Source: Holophagales bacterium UBA5704
GTDB taxonomy: Bacteria > Acidobacteriota > Thermoanaerobaculia > Multivoradales > UBA5704
Direction of reading: 5' to 3'
Assembly: GCA_002420005.1 (NCBI GenBank)
Contig: DIHE01000147.1
Coordinates: forward strand, 36,006-100,005
DNA: 64,000 nucleotides
This document shows positions 27,092 to 38,160 of this stretch, piece after piece; the stretch's first letter is position 1, and each line of letters starts with the position of its first letter. Below the pieces are notes generated by a model, which saw only the letters and a program-made list of their open reading frames with translations, made no database searches and had not been told where the DNA came from. Both the position numbers and the translations under genes were made by a program.

Positions 27092-28293
27092 CACCCTCTC
27101 TCCACCGCGGCGAAGAACAACGGCCGATGGCCGGGCAGCAGGTCCGGATGGAGCACCGCCACCAGATCGGCCAGCACCAGGTCCGGCCGCACCAGGGCGG
27201 TCTCGTTCCAGTCGTAGGCCCCGGTGGCGAGATCGACCCGCCGGTGGTAGTGCCAGGCGCGTCCCTCGCGCCAGGCGCGCAGCGCGTTCAGATCGAACCG
27301 GGCGTTCCACTCCCGCTCGCTCCGCGCGTTGGTGATCCACACCTCGGCGCTCCCCGCCCGATCGAGCAGGGCTCCGGTGTCCAGCGCCGCCCAGGGGCCG
27401 GCCGTGGGGTCGGCGAGCACGTTCACCGCCCCCGCCTCGGCGAGCAGCCGCGCCTCCGGCCCGCTGCGCTCCACCCACCAGCGGTCGCCGTCCGTGGGAC
27501 CGCCCCAGAAGGCCGTCCGCGGGGCCGGCACGGTGCGCGCCGTCTCCGCCAGCTCCTGATAGCGGCTTTCCACGCCGGCATAGAAGCGCTCCGCCGCGGC
27601 CTCCGCATTGAAGAAGAGGGCGACATATTTCACCCATTCCGCCTGGGCGAGCACGTCCGACTCCGACCACGCATAGGTGGGCGCGGCGGCGAGACCCAGC
27701 GCGCGGAGCCGCCGTGGCCCTTCGGCGCGGGCCGGATCGGCCGCGAAGAGAAGCGTCAGGTCCGGCCGCAGCTCGACGAGCGTCTCGTAGTTGGGTGCCC
27801 CGTGCGAGGCGTCGCCGATCAGCGGCAGCTCCCCCGCCTCCCAACGCCGCCGCAGAACCGGATCGAAGATCTTCTCGCTGCCCAGGGCGACGATCCGCTC
27901 CGCCAGCCCCAGGGCCGTGAGCCGGGCCGCGTCGCTCGGCGCCCCCACCGCCACCGTCCGCGCCGGCACCTCGACCACCGACGCCCCGGCGAGCTCTCCG
28001 GTGAGCGGCGGCGCCGGCGTGCCGCATTGGACCAGGACCAGCGTCTCCTCGCCGCGCCCTCCGCCGTGCCCGTCGCGCGCCCGCAGCCGCACCACCTTGT
28101 AGTGGCCGGCATAAGTCACCGAGAAGTGGGCCGCGTGGCGAATCTCCACCTTGTCCGGGAAGAGATCGGCTCCCACCTCGAACCGCTCGACACACCCCGC
28201 CCGGATCGGCTCCGCCGCGGGAGCACCCACAACACCGCCCCGGCCGCAACCGGCCAACGCGAGGGTCCCCAGCACCAGGAGGGCACGCCTCAT
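27091..28293 (-). CDS. ABC substrate-binding lipoprotein (FecB/BtuF-type)
   Basis: LAGC lipobox, FPDKV...FSVTY..HYKVV, LVQCGTP, AEWVKYVALFFN and RPDLVLADL. Confidence 0.85.
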   Translation of the reverse strand: MRRALLVLGTLALAGCGRGGVVGAPAAEPIRAGCVERFEVGADLFPDKVEIRHAAHFSVTYAGHYKVVRLRARDGHGGGRGEETLVLVQCGTPAPPLTGELAGASVVEVPARTVAVGAPSDAARLTALGLAERIVALGSEKIFDPVLRRRWEAGELPLIGDASHGAPNYETLVELRPDLTLLFAADPARAEGPRRLRALGLAAAPTYAWSESDVLAQAEWVKYVALFFNAEAAAERFYAGVESRYQELAETARTVPAPRTAFWGGPTDGDRWWVERSGPEARLLAEAGAVNVLADPTAGPWAALDTGALLDRAGSAEVWITNARSEREWNARFDLNALRAWREGRAWHYHRRVDLATGAYDWNETALVRPDLVLADLVAVLHPDLLPGHRPLFFAAVERG

Positions 28294-30347
28294 GGGCGCG
28301 GCCCCATCTGCCAACGGACACCGCCGAAGATCTGGCGCGGCGCACCGAGCGTCCGGCCGCCGAACGTGCCGATGGCGTAGCGCTCCCCCGCCAGGTTCTC
28401 GACGAGCGCGAACAGCTCGAGCCCGTGCCCCACGGGAACCGAGGCGAACAGGTCGACCACCTGGTGGGCGTCGAGCGCCGTGCGGTTCTGACCGTCGACG
28501 AACCGCTCGCCGAGATGGCGACCGCGCACCGTCACGCCGCCCCCCCGGGCGGGGGCATAGCGCAGCGAGAGCGACGCGGCCTCCTCGGAGACGCCGGGAA
28601 GCCTCTTCCCTTCGAGCGTCCGGTTCACCGGGTTCTCCCGGATCACCGCATCCGTCCAGGTGTAGGAGGCCGTCGCCGACCAGGACTCGCCGAAGCGCAG
28701 GTCGAGCATCGTCTCCACCCCGTCGCTGCGGCTGCGGTCGACGTTCTGCGCCTCCAGCGTGAAGACCGGGACGAAGCGGGTGGCCACGTAGGTGATCCGA
28801 TCGCCCACCTCGTTGCGGAAGGCGTTGACCTGCGCGCGCAGCGGGCCGGCTGTGAGGTCGATCCCCACCTCGGCGCCTTCCAGGATCTCGGGCTTCAGGT
28901 CCGGATTGGCCAGCAGCTCCGAGCCGGTGAGCGAGGTGGACCGGTAGAGCTCATCCAGATTGGGGGCACGAAACGCCCGGTAGGCGGAGCCCCGCAGGGC
29001 GAACCCGGGCCGAAGCTGCCAGCGCAGGGCCAGACGCGGATTGACCTCCGTGGCGGTCTGGTCCGGAAAGCGGATCGAGCCCCCCGGACGCAGCGTCTGC
29101 TGGCCGTCACGGTTGCGCCAATGGTCGAGCCGGGCACCCAGAAGGATTTCAAAAGTGGCAGCAGGGAAGACGCTCACCTCGGCGAACAGACCCGCGGACT
29201 CCTGCGTGCCACCGCCGATCTGGAGCCGGTCGAACACCCCCGGGGCCTTGAAGTTGCGCGACCGGTCCTCGCCTTCGATACGGCGCAGGTCGACGCCGGC
29301 CACCACCGAAGAGACGCGGGGACCCGGCGCTCCGGTCCACACCGCCGAGAGGCCCGCGTCCCGGCTCGGCGTCACGTGCGCGTTCGACACGTACTCGCTC
29401 GTCCGGCCCCCGAAGAACGGCACCTCCACGTTGTCCGTCCGCATCTCACGGTCGCGGAAGAAGAAGCGGGCGTCGAGCAGCCCGTCCTCCCCCAAGCGGC
29501 TCCGACCGCCGGCCGCGAGGTCCCAACCCTCCCGGGAGTGGCGGCTCAAACGGGTACCGGCATTCCCCTCCTGGTCGAGCGCCCCGCCCCGCACGAACCA
29601 GCTCAGAGAGGGCGTCGCCTGGCCCTCCACCCGAACCTGAAGATCCAGCGCCTCGGAACGCGACGGCACGTCGATCGGTCCGCGCGCCGCGGGCTCCAGG
29701 GTCAGATAGCCGTCGGTGTCGGAGCGGTTTGCGTTGACGCTCCAGCCGAGGTCGTCGCGCAGCCTCCGGGCTCCGTAGAGGTTGAGCTGCGACGTCCCGT
29801 GCGAGCCGTAGAGCGCCCGTGCGGTGAGCGCCCGGCCGGCGATGGGACGGGTGAGCAGCTGGATGGTCCCGCCCAGGGCATAGCTGCCGTACAGGCTGGA
29901 GCCGCCACCGCGCGCCACCTCCACCCGGTCCAGCGCTTCGAGCGGAGCGGCATCGAACGCGGTGAATCCGAAAAACGGATCGTTCATCGGCTCGCCGTCG
30001 AGCAGCACCAGGGCACGCCCGCCGCCCAGACCGCGCATCGAGACGAAGCTCGCGAGCGGATGGAGCACCACACTGCTGCCGAGCGGCAGGCTCACCCCCG
30101 CCACCGTGCGCAACAGGCCGTCCGTGGTGAGCGCCGGAGCGGTTTCGATGTCCTCGCGGCCGATCACCGACACGCTCACCGGCACCGTCTCGGCCGACCG
30201 TTCGCTGCGCGTCGCCGTCACCGTGATCTCCTCGCGCAGCTCTCCTTGCGGCTCTCTGCGCGGCTCCTGTGCAAAAGCCCCGGCCGCCAACAGCAACCCC
30301 ACGCCGGCCGCGAGGCGGCCGGCCCTCCACGTTCTGCTTTTCGTCAT
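28290..30347 (-). CDS. TonB-dependent outer-membrane receptor
   Basis: Signal peptide, EEITVTATR TonB box, plug motifs (LVLLDGEP, RVEVARGGGSSLYGSYALGG), NPDLKPE, ENLAGERY and a C-terminal beta-strand. Confidence 0.92.
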   Translation of the reverse strand: MTKSRTWRAGRLAAGVGLLLAAGAFAQEPRREPQGELREEITVTATRSERSAETVPVSVSVIGREDIETAPALTTDGLLRTVAGVSLPLGSSVVLHPLASFVSMRGLGGGRALVLLDGEPMNDPFFGFTAFDAAPLEALDRVEVARGGGSSLYGSYALGGTIQLLTRPIAGRALTARALYGSHGTSQLNLYGARRLRDDLGWSVNANRSDTDGYLTLEPAARGPIDVPSRSEALDLQVRVEGQATPSLSWFVRGGALDQEGNAGTRLSRHSREGWDLAAGGRSRLGEDGLLDARFFFRDREMRTDNVEVPFFGGRTSEYVSNAHVTPSRDAGLSAVWTGAPGPRVSSVVAGVDLRRIEGEDRSRNFKAPGVFDRLQIGGGTQESAGLFAEVSVFPAATFEILLGARLDHWRNRDGQQTLRPGGSIRFPDQTATEVNPRLALRWQLRPGFALRGSAYRAFRAPNLDELYRSTSLTGSELLANPDLKPEILEGAEVGIDLTAGPLRAQVNAFRNEVGDRITYVATRFVPVFTLEAQNVDRSRSDGVETMLDLRFGESWSATASYTWTDAVIRENPVNRTLEGKRLPGVSEEAASLSLRYAPARGGGVTVRGRHLGERFVDGQNRTALDAHQVVDLFASVPVGHGLELFALVENLAGERYAIGTFGGRTLGAPRQIFGGVRWQMGPRP

Positions 30348-30507
30348 GACCCCATCCTCGTGAGCGAAACGTTCTTTCGATCACGGCGGGCAGGCACACC
30401 TCGGCCCTGGACGCGAACGCCCTTTTCAGCGCGCAGCTTGACCAGGCGGGCGCAAAGCTCCGCCATCGCCGTGCCAACGGCACCACCAACGAAACGTTTT
30501 TATCGGG

Positions 30508-30891
30508 TCAAACGAGCAGAGAGGGGGGACCGCGGGAGGCGAGGAGCCCAACGGCGCCGGGGGAAGGGCGCAGCTCTCCGCCCAACAGGAGAACGCCGAC
30601 GGGAGCGATCCGCGGCGCCAACGCAGCCGGTGCCGCTTGTGTACCGATCGAGCGGAGCAGATGGAGGCAGGCCGGGCAGGGGTGCGCGTGCGAGGCGACC
30701 CCCGCCTCTTCCAGGTGCAGCGGCGCAAAGGGATGCGCCGCCGCGGCAAACACTTCCTGCCGTCCGGAGAGCGACTCCGTCTGGAACGGGTGGTCGCTGT
30801 GCCGGTCGATCCCTCCGAGCAGCGACACCACCGCGATCACCAGCGCCAAGCTGGCTCGCATCGCAGAGTGGAGTCGGAACGGAGACGACAT
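30508..30891 (-). CDS. DUF2946/CruR-like His/Cys-rich leader protein with CxxC and RGPP motifs
   Basis: Hydrophobic N-terminal segment, His-rich linker (RHSDH, HPFAPLH, SHAHP), CPAC and C-terminal SRGPP. Directly upstream of the TonB receptor. The start could alternatively be the ATG at 30861. Confidence 0.7.
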   Translation of the reverse strand: MSSPFRLHSAMRASLALVIAVVSLLGGIDRHSDHPFQTESLSGRQEVFAAAAHPFAPLHLEEAGVASHAHPCPACLHLLRSIGTQAAPAALAPRIAPVGVLLLGGELRPSPGAVGLLASRGPPSLLV

Positions 30892-30975
30892 AGCCCTTTT
30901 TGATACCACGGGGCCGGAGGAATGTCAACGTTTTGCCGGCCTCCGGCATCCCTTTCTAAAAACCCCCGAACGCTT

Positions 30976-32376
30976 CTAGGGGCAGCTCGGCACGCCGGCG
31001 GTCGGCTTCACGCCGTTGCCGCCCAGCAGGTCGTCGCTGCCGGCGAAGGCCAGAAAGTCGATCTGGTACGCCTGGACCGCCGGCTCCCCCTCGCAAACGT
31101 TCTGCTGCAACAGGTCATAACCGTTCTGAGCCGTCCACGTCGTCCCCTGGAAGGCGGCATCCACCCGCAGCTTGAACAGGCTCAGGTGTCCGCCGTCCGC
31201 GGCCCCGCCCTCGGAGTGGAGGTCCCAGAAGAAGCGCAGCCAGTCGAGCTCCGTGCCCTCATTGTCGGCGGTGTCGTCGCACACCCGCTGGGCGAACCGG
31301 TTGGACTCGTAAGGCGCCACCATGTTGAAAGCGGTCTGCCCCTCGAGGCGGATGTCGCGGGGAAAGCCGAGGTCGTCCTTGTAGTAGGTGAACCGCCCCG
31401 TGGCCTGGTTGTGGTCGTTGTAGGCGTCCGCGGAAAGGAAGTGTCCGAAGCCCTCCATGATCGCGTCGCTGGTGTACTCCAGCGAGGTCAACGCATGGAG
31501 CTCGCCGGCGCTGTCGCAGGCGGCGCCCCCGCCGGCCAGGGTGTAGGCCGCCAGGCCCCCGTGAAGGTACTTCTTCGTGCCGAACGTGGCGAACTGGTGG
31601 CTCTCCTCCAGAGTATGCCCCACCTCGTGACCGACCAGGAACTTCTGCCGGTACTTATGCTCGGTCGTGTCGTCGATGTTGACCAGGATCTCGTCGCCGC
31701 CCAGATTCGGGTGCCAGCCGGCGTTCGAGCACGGCGTGTCCAAGGTGGGGCAACCGTCCGCATGGCGCACGGTGACCGTGAAGTCGTGGTCGAGCGCCGC
31801 CGGGTCGAAGTGGTGCCACCAGTAGAGCGGATAGGCGGCCAGGGCCTGGAGGGTTACCTCGGCCGCGGCGCAGGGGATGTCGAAGTATTTCTTGCCAGGC
31901 CCCGAGAGCACGCCGCTCAGGCCGGTGCAGACGATCGGCTTGCAGTAGTCGGCCTCCCCGCTGTGATCGGCGAACGGATCGTCGTTGCAGCTCGTCGGCG
32001 TGCCGCTGCGGGTGCGCACCCGGATGTGGTCCAGGATCAGCGAGTCCAGGTAGAACGCGATCGCCACCTTGCCACCGGCGGGGACGTCCGCCTCGGGCAG
32101 CAGGAAGCAGCCGTTGAGGTTGCTGGCGTAGCCCTGCTGGATGACGTCCATCGTGTCGGGATCGAGCACCTGGTACGCCGCCCCGCGGGCCTTCCAGTAG
32201 GGCCAGACCTCGTCGTTGACGGCGTAGTAGTCCTCGAAGTCGACGCCCAGGCCGCTGTCGACCGTCTCCACCGGATAGCGCAGGCAGACCTCCTGATCGG
32301 CCGCCTGGGCCGCGACCGCCGAAGCGAGCAGGGTGATCGCCGCTCCCAAGAGCGCCTTCCTCGTTCGATCTCTCAT
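30976..32376 (-). CDS. Secreted Cys-rich protein, putative zinc metallopeptidase
   Basis: Signal peptide, VGHEVGHTL (HExxH) and downstream AIMEGFGHF (gluzincin-like third ligand). Many cysteines. Confidence 0.6.
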   Translation of the reverse strand: MRDRTRKALLGAAITLLASAVAAQAADQEVCLRYPVETVDSGLGVDFEDYYAVNDEVWPYWKARGAAYQVLDPDTMDVIQQGYASNLNGCFLLPEADVPAGGKVAIAFYLDSLILDHIRVRTRSGTPTSCNDDPFADHSGEADYCKPIVCTGLSGVLSGPGKKYFDIPCAAAEVTLQALAAYPLYWWHHFDPAALDHDFTVTVRHADGCPTLDTPCSNAGWHPNLGGDEILVNIDDTTEHKYRQKFLVGHEVGHTLEESHQFATFGTKKYLHGGLAAYTLAGGGAACDSAGELHALTSLEYTSDAIMEGFGHFLSADAYNDHNQATGRFTYYKDDLGFPRDIRLEGQTAFNMVAPYESNRFAQRVCDDTADNEGTELDWLRFFWDLHSEGGAADGGHLSLFKLRVDAAFQGTTWTAQNGYDLLQQNVCEGEPAVQAYQIDFLAFAGSDDLLGGNGVKPTAGVPSCP

Positions 32377-33041
32377 GGAATGGTTCCCTCCTGCGGACCG
32401 CCGTCGTTGTCGGTGAGCGCCAGCCCGGCACCGAGGCTGCCGACGCCGCCCAGCCGCAGCCCCCGGGCGGTGGCCCAGCGGCGCAGCGCGACGGCCCGGC
32501 CGGCGAAATCTCCGGCACCGAACTGATCGAGAAAGGCGCCGGTTCGGTAGACCGCGATCCCGCCCCCCTGCGGGTGCAGGTAGGCATGGGGCGAATAGGC
32601 GACATGGGCGACCGGTCCTGTGCTCTCCCGCCGGGCGATGCCCTTGGCCACCAGCCGGCCGGCGAGCTGCAGCGAGGTGAAGCTGTACTGGAAGGCCGCG
32701 AGGTTCACGGTCACGACCGCGGTCGATTTCGCCTTGACGACGACCTCACCCGCATCGATCGTCTTGCGAACCGCGTCGAGGGCGCCGCCGACCCGCACCC
32801 GCACCCGCAGGGTGGCCTTCGTGTTGTTGGTGACGGCGAGATGGACGAGCGGCACCGAGAGGTTGACGATCGAGGCCTCGCTCGGCAGCTCCTGCCAGGT
32901 GAGCCCGAGCGGAGGCGTTCCGGTCCCCTCGTTGCAGGCCGCTCCGGACGCTCCGGCCGTGAGCTGCCCCTGCGCCGAACCGGCGGGCAGGAAGGCGAGG
33001 AGCCCTGTCAGGAAAAGGGTTGGGATTCTGGGCGTTTTCAT
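32373..33041 (-). CDS. Hypothetical secreted protein
   Basis: Signal peptide (MKTPRIPTLFLTGLLAFLPAGSAQG) and beta-rich sequence. ATGA-coupled to the downstream HExxH protein. Confidence 0.6.
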   Translation of the reverse strand: MKTPRIPTLFLTGLLAFLPAGSAQGQLTAGASGAACNEGTGTPPLGLTWQELPSEASIVNLSVPLVHLAVTNNTKATLRVRVRVGGALDAVRKTIDAGEVVVKAKSTAVVTVNLAAFQYSFTSLQLAGRLVAKGIARRESTGPVAHVAYSPHAYLHPQGGGIAVYRTGAFLDQFGAGDFAGRAVALRRWATARGLRLGGVGSLGAGLALTDNDGGPQEGTIP

Positions 33042-33085
33042 GCCCAGTCAGGCGATTGACCACGAACGTTCGTTACTTGCCGGCC

Positions 33086-35662
33086 TCAGCCCTCACCCTT
33101 CACCGCAATCCCCTGCCCCCGCCGCCGGTCATAGCCCCAGCTCAGCAGGGCCGGCAACAGGGTGATCGCCACGAGCGAGGTCGCGAGGGCACCCAGGATC
33201 GCGGCCTTGCCGGTCGTCTGCAACCCGGGATAATGCGAGAAGGTGATCGAGCCGAAGCCCACGATGGTCGAGAGCGCCGCCGCCACCACCGCCTTGCCGG
33301 TCTCCAGCATGCCTTTCTCAAAACCCTCGCGCGGCAGATCGCGCACCTCGCGGTAGCGGTGCAGGACGTGGACGCCGTAGTCCACGCCGATGCCGATGAT
33401 CATGGTGGTGACAAAAATGTTGATGAAGTTCATCGGCGTGCCGATCGCCACCAGACCGCCCACCATCCAGAGAATGCCGACGGTGAGCGGTGCCAGGGCC
33501 ATGAAGGTCAGGCGCAGGTTGCGAAAATCGACCTGGAGGATGGCGGCGACCAGGAAGAAACCCAGGATGCCGGCGATCCAGGCGTCGCGCAGCACCAGCT
33601 CGCGAACCCGCTGGTTGACCACGTTCGTCCCGGCCAGCGCCGCCCGAGGCCCAAGCTCCTCCGCCAGCCGCAGGACCTCCGGCGGTGCCTCGCGCCGCCA
33701 GCGGTTGTCCGGCGGATACAGGTAGACGACCGCCTTCCAGCCGCGCGCCGTCTTGCGGAGGTAGCGGTCGAGCAACAGGCGGGTCTGCTCGTTCCCCTGG
33801 AAGTCCTGATAGCCGATGGGACCCGGCAGGCTCACCGCGTCCGCCAGAAGATCCAGCCCCGGCGCGAAGGCCTCCGGGCGCAAACCCTCCGCCTGCGCTG
33901 CCTGGTTGAAGGTGGTGCGGATGCGCTCCAGGTCGAGCGCCCCCCGGCGCTGCCGTTCCAGCCAGGCGAGCGCCTCGCGCTGCTGCGCCGGCGGAGGAAT
34001 GATCGAGGTCACCCCGCTGAAGCCGTAGAGCGTGCCGGTCTCGACCAGGCGGTGCGCCCCTTCCGCAGCCTTCGCCGCCAGATCGAGCGCCGCTTCGGGA
34101 GTGTCGCCGGTCGCCACCAGCATCATCGAGTCGAAGCCGGAGCCGAAGGCCTTGCCCACCTCCTCCGCCACGTCGATGCCCCGGTTGCCCTTCGGCCGCA
34201 TGGTCTTCATGCTCTCGTCGAACTCGAGGTGGACGGCGAGCCCGAGCGCCGCCGCGGTGATCGCTGCGCCGGCGAGAAGGGCGATGCGCCGGTGCTGCAT
34301 GCACAGGCGCATCAGGCGGTCGGAGCCGAAGCTGTGGATGTAGAGGTTCGGCTCGGTCTGCCGCTTCCGGTGGTGGTCCTCGCTCCAGGCGAGCAGCGCC
34401 GGCAGCAGGAACACCACGGCCAGGGCACAGAAAAGAATGCCGGTCCCGGTGAGCAGGCCCATCTGCCGCAAACCGGTGAAATCCGTGAAGGTGAAGGCCC
34501 AGAAGGTCGCCGTCGTGGTCACCGCCCCCACCAGAACCGCCCGGCCCGAGGAGCCGGACATCGCCATCAGCGCCTCCTCCAGCGTCGCACCGGCTCGCCG
34601 TTCTTCGACGAAACGGCCATAGCCGACGATGGCGAAATCGATCCCCAGGCCCACCAGGAGAGCCGCCACGATGCTGGTCGCCGAGCTCAGGGAGCCGACG
34701 GTCACCTTGGCGAAGCCGAAGGTGAGGATCAGGCCGGAGAGGAGCGGCAGGAATGTATAGGCCAGCGCAGCGGGGCGCCGGAACGCCACCAGGATGAGGA
34801 TCAGGACGCCGAGCAACGAGGTCACGATGTTGACCAGCATGTCGTTGCGGATGAGCGACGCATCCCCCAGAGCCGTGTGGTACGCACCGCCCACCACCAC
34901 CTGCGGCGCCGCGCCTCCCTGGGGTCCCGCCAGCTCGCCCCACTCGGCCACCGAGGCCGCGATCTCACGGTCCACCGCGGCGGCGAGCCGCTCGTTGAAC
35001 TTGATGTCCTGCGGCGGTTTCACCGGCTCGGCCAGGAGGAGCAGCAGGCGGTGGTCGACCGAGAGGTAATACCCGCTCGCCCAATCGACCTTGAGAGCAC
35101 CGCGCGAGCTCTGCACCCGGCCGAGGAAGACATCCGACAGACCCAGCGGATCGACGACGAGCAGGTTCTTCGCCGCCATCCCTTGCAGCGTGCCCGCCTG
35201 GAGGCGCAGCTCGCGCACCCTTGCACGGAGCGCTTCGTCGGTCAGCCGCTCTTCCAGCCGCCGCCGGCCCTCGTCATCGAGAAAGAGGACCGACTTGGGA
35301 AAGAACGTGTGCATCAGCTCTTCGGGATCGCCGAACCGATGCTGCACGCTCTTCAGCTCGGGCAGGCGGGAGAGCCGCCCGGCCAGCCGATCCGCCAGCG
35401 TCTCGTACGGGTCGATCACCGCCCCCTCGGGGATGCGGATCGCGACCAGGAGGTAGGTGTTGCTGCCGAAGTCCTCCAGCGTCTCGACATAGGCGCGCAC
35501 CGCCTTGTCGCTCTGCGGCAGCAGGCTCAGCATGTCGTTGTTGAAGGTGAGCAGCAGAGTGAGGATCAGCGACAGGGCCACCAGGGCCGCGACCACGGTG
35601 AACACCAACCGGTAGCGGTGCCGCGCGAAGAGCGCGATCCGCTGCAGCAAGGACATCTGCAT
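33086..35662 (-). CDS. MMPL/RND-family transporter
   Basis: Two MMPL repeats (LLVGLGIDFAIV and MIIGIGVDYGVH) with about 12 TM segments and large periplasmic loops. Confidence 0.88.
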   Translation of the reverse strand: MQMSLLQRIALFARHRYRLVFTVVAALVALSLILTLLLTFNNDMLSLLPQSDKAVRAYVETLEDFGSNTYLLVAIRIPEGAVIDPYETLADRLAGRLSRLPELKSVQHRFGDPEELMHTFFPKSVLFLDDEGRRRLEERLTDEALRARVRELRLQAGTLQGMAAKNLLVVDPLGLSDVFLGRVQSSRGALKVDWASGYYLSVDHRLLLLLAEPVKPPQDIKFNERLAAAVDREIAASVAEWGELAGPQGGAAPQVVVGGAYHTALGDASLIRNDMLVNIVTSLLGVLILILVAFRRPAALAYTFLPLLSGLILTFGFAKVTVGSLSSATSIVAALLVGLGIDFAIVGYGRFVEERRAGATLEEALMAMSGSSGRAVLVGAVTTTATFWAFTFTDFTGLRQMGLLTGTGILFCALAVVFLLPALLAWSEDHHRKRQTEPNLYIHSFGSDRLMRLCMQHRRIALLAGAAITAAALGLAVHLEFDESMKTMRPKGNRGIDVAEEVGKAFGSGFDSMMLVATGDTPEAALDLAAKAAEGAHRLVETGTLYGFSGVTSIIPPPAQQREALAWLERQRRGALDLERIRTTFNQAAQAEGLRPEAFAPGLDLLADAVSLPGPIGYQDFQGNEQTRLLLDRYLRKTARGWKAVVYLYPPDNRWRREAPPEVLRLAEELGPRAALAGTNVVNQRVRELVLRDAWIAGILGFFLVAAILQVDFRNLRLTFMALAPLTVGILWMVGGLVAIGTPMNFINIFVTTMIIGIGVDYGVHVLHRYREVRDLPREGFEKGMLETGKAVVAAALSTIVGFGSITFSHYPGLQTTGKAAILGALATSLVAITLLPALLSWGYDRRRGQGIAVKGEG

Positions 35663-36285
35663 CAGGACCTCGGAGAGGACGGAGGGGACGAGTCAGGGTC
35701 CGGCGCGGCCAGCGACGCCGGCACCTCTCCCAGCAGGATCAGGCGGCCGAACCGCACGAAGTACTCAATGCCGGAGTAGACCGTGATGAGCATCGCCACC
35801 CAGAGCGAGAGCGGCGCCAGGTGCTGAAACGGGGCCAGGTGCTGCAGCTCCGCGAGCTTGTTGTGGATGATGATCAGCGAGATCGAGACGATCTGGACCG
35901 TTGTCTTGACCTTGCCCGAGAGGCCGGCAGGGATCACCAGGGTCTCGGCCGCCGCGAAGCTGCGCAGCGACCCGACGGCGAACTCGCGGGCGATGATCAC
36001 CACCACCATCCAGGACGGCACCACGTGCGGGTTCTGCTCGACCAGCGAGATGAACGCCGCCGAGATGAGGATCTTGTCCGCCGCGGGATCGAGCAGGGTG
36101 CCGAGCCGCGTCACCTGCTTGCGGCGCCGCGCCAGGTAGCCGTCGAGGAAGTCCATCAGGGCCGCCAGCAGAAACAGGGCGAGCCCCCACCACTCCTTGT
36201 CCTCAAACTTGGTGAGCAGTACCACCACCAAGGGAGGGACCAGGAGGATCCGGAAGATCGAGAGAAGGTTCGGCAGATTCAGCAT
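35662..36285 (-). CDS. pgsA: CDP-diacylglycerol--glycerol-3-phosphate 3-phosphatidyltransferase
   Basis: NLPNLLSIFRI and DFLDGYLARRRKQVTRLGTLLDPAADK CDP-alcohol phosphatidyltransferase signature. Confidence 0.88.
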   Translation of the reverse strand: MLNLPNLLSIFRILLVPPLVVVLLTKFEDKEWWGLALFLLAALMDFLDGYLARRRKQVTRLGTLLDPAADKILISAAFISLVEQNPHVVPSWMVVVIIAREFAVGSLRSFAAAETLVIPAGLSGKVKTTVQIVSISLIIIHNKLAELQHLAPFQHLAPLSLWVAMLITVYSGIEYFVRFGRLILLGEVPASLAAPDPDSSPPSSPRS

Positions 36286-36360
36286 CGGCGATGTCCGGCC
36301 CGGTTCAGGCTCGGCGCATTGTATGACAGACCGGGGCCGGCGGGCGTACGCGCTCCTCAC

Positions 36361-36401
36361 AACAAAACGGCCGGCCCGGGGGAGCACCCCGCAGCCGGCC
36401 G
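36361..36401 (-). terminator. Intrinsic terminator of groES-groEL
   Basis: Stem CGGCCGGC (36368-36375) / GCCGGCCG (36394-36401), followed on the minus strand by TTTTGTT. Confidence 0.7.
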
Positions 36402-36432
36402 CCGAATCCTCAGAGCGAGGACGCGGGTGGGA

Positions 36433-38127
<1,695 letters not shown>

Positions 38128-38160
38128 TCAGTCGTTCAGGGACGGGGGATGCGGCAGGGG

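Noticed and set aside
30460..30480. Sigma54 promoter (TGGCACG on the minus strand) for the TonB receptor
   Set aside because: The -12 element reads TGGC rather than TTGC and no enhancer-binding protein gene is nearby, so support is too weak.
30348..30507. Cobalamin riboswitch upstream of the TonB/BtuF-like operon
   Set aside because: No B12-box or conserved GGGAA/GCCACTG core is recognisable. Cobalamin as the substrate is not excluded, but there is no riboswitch support.
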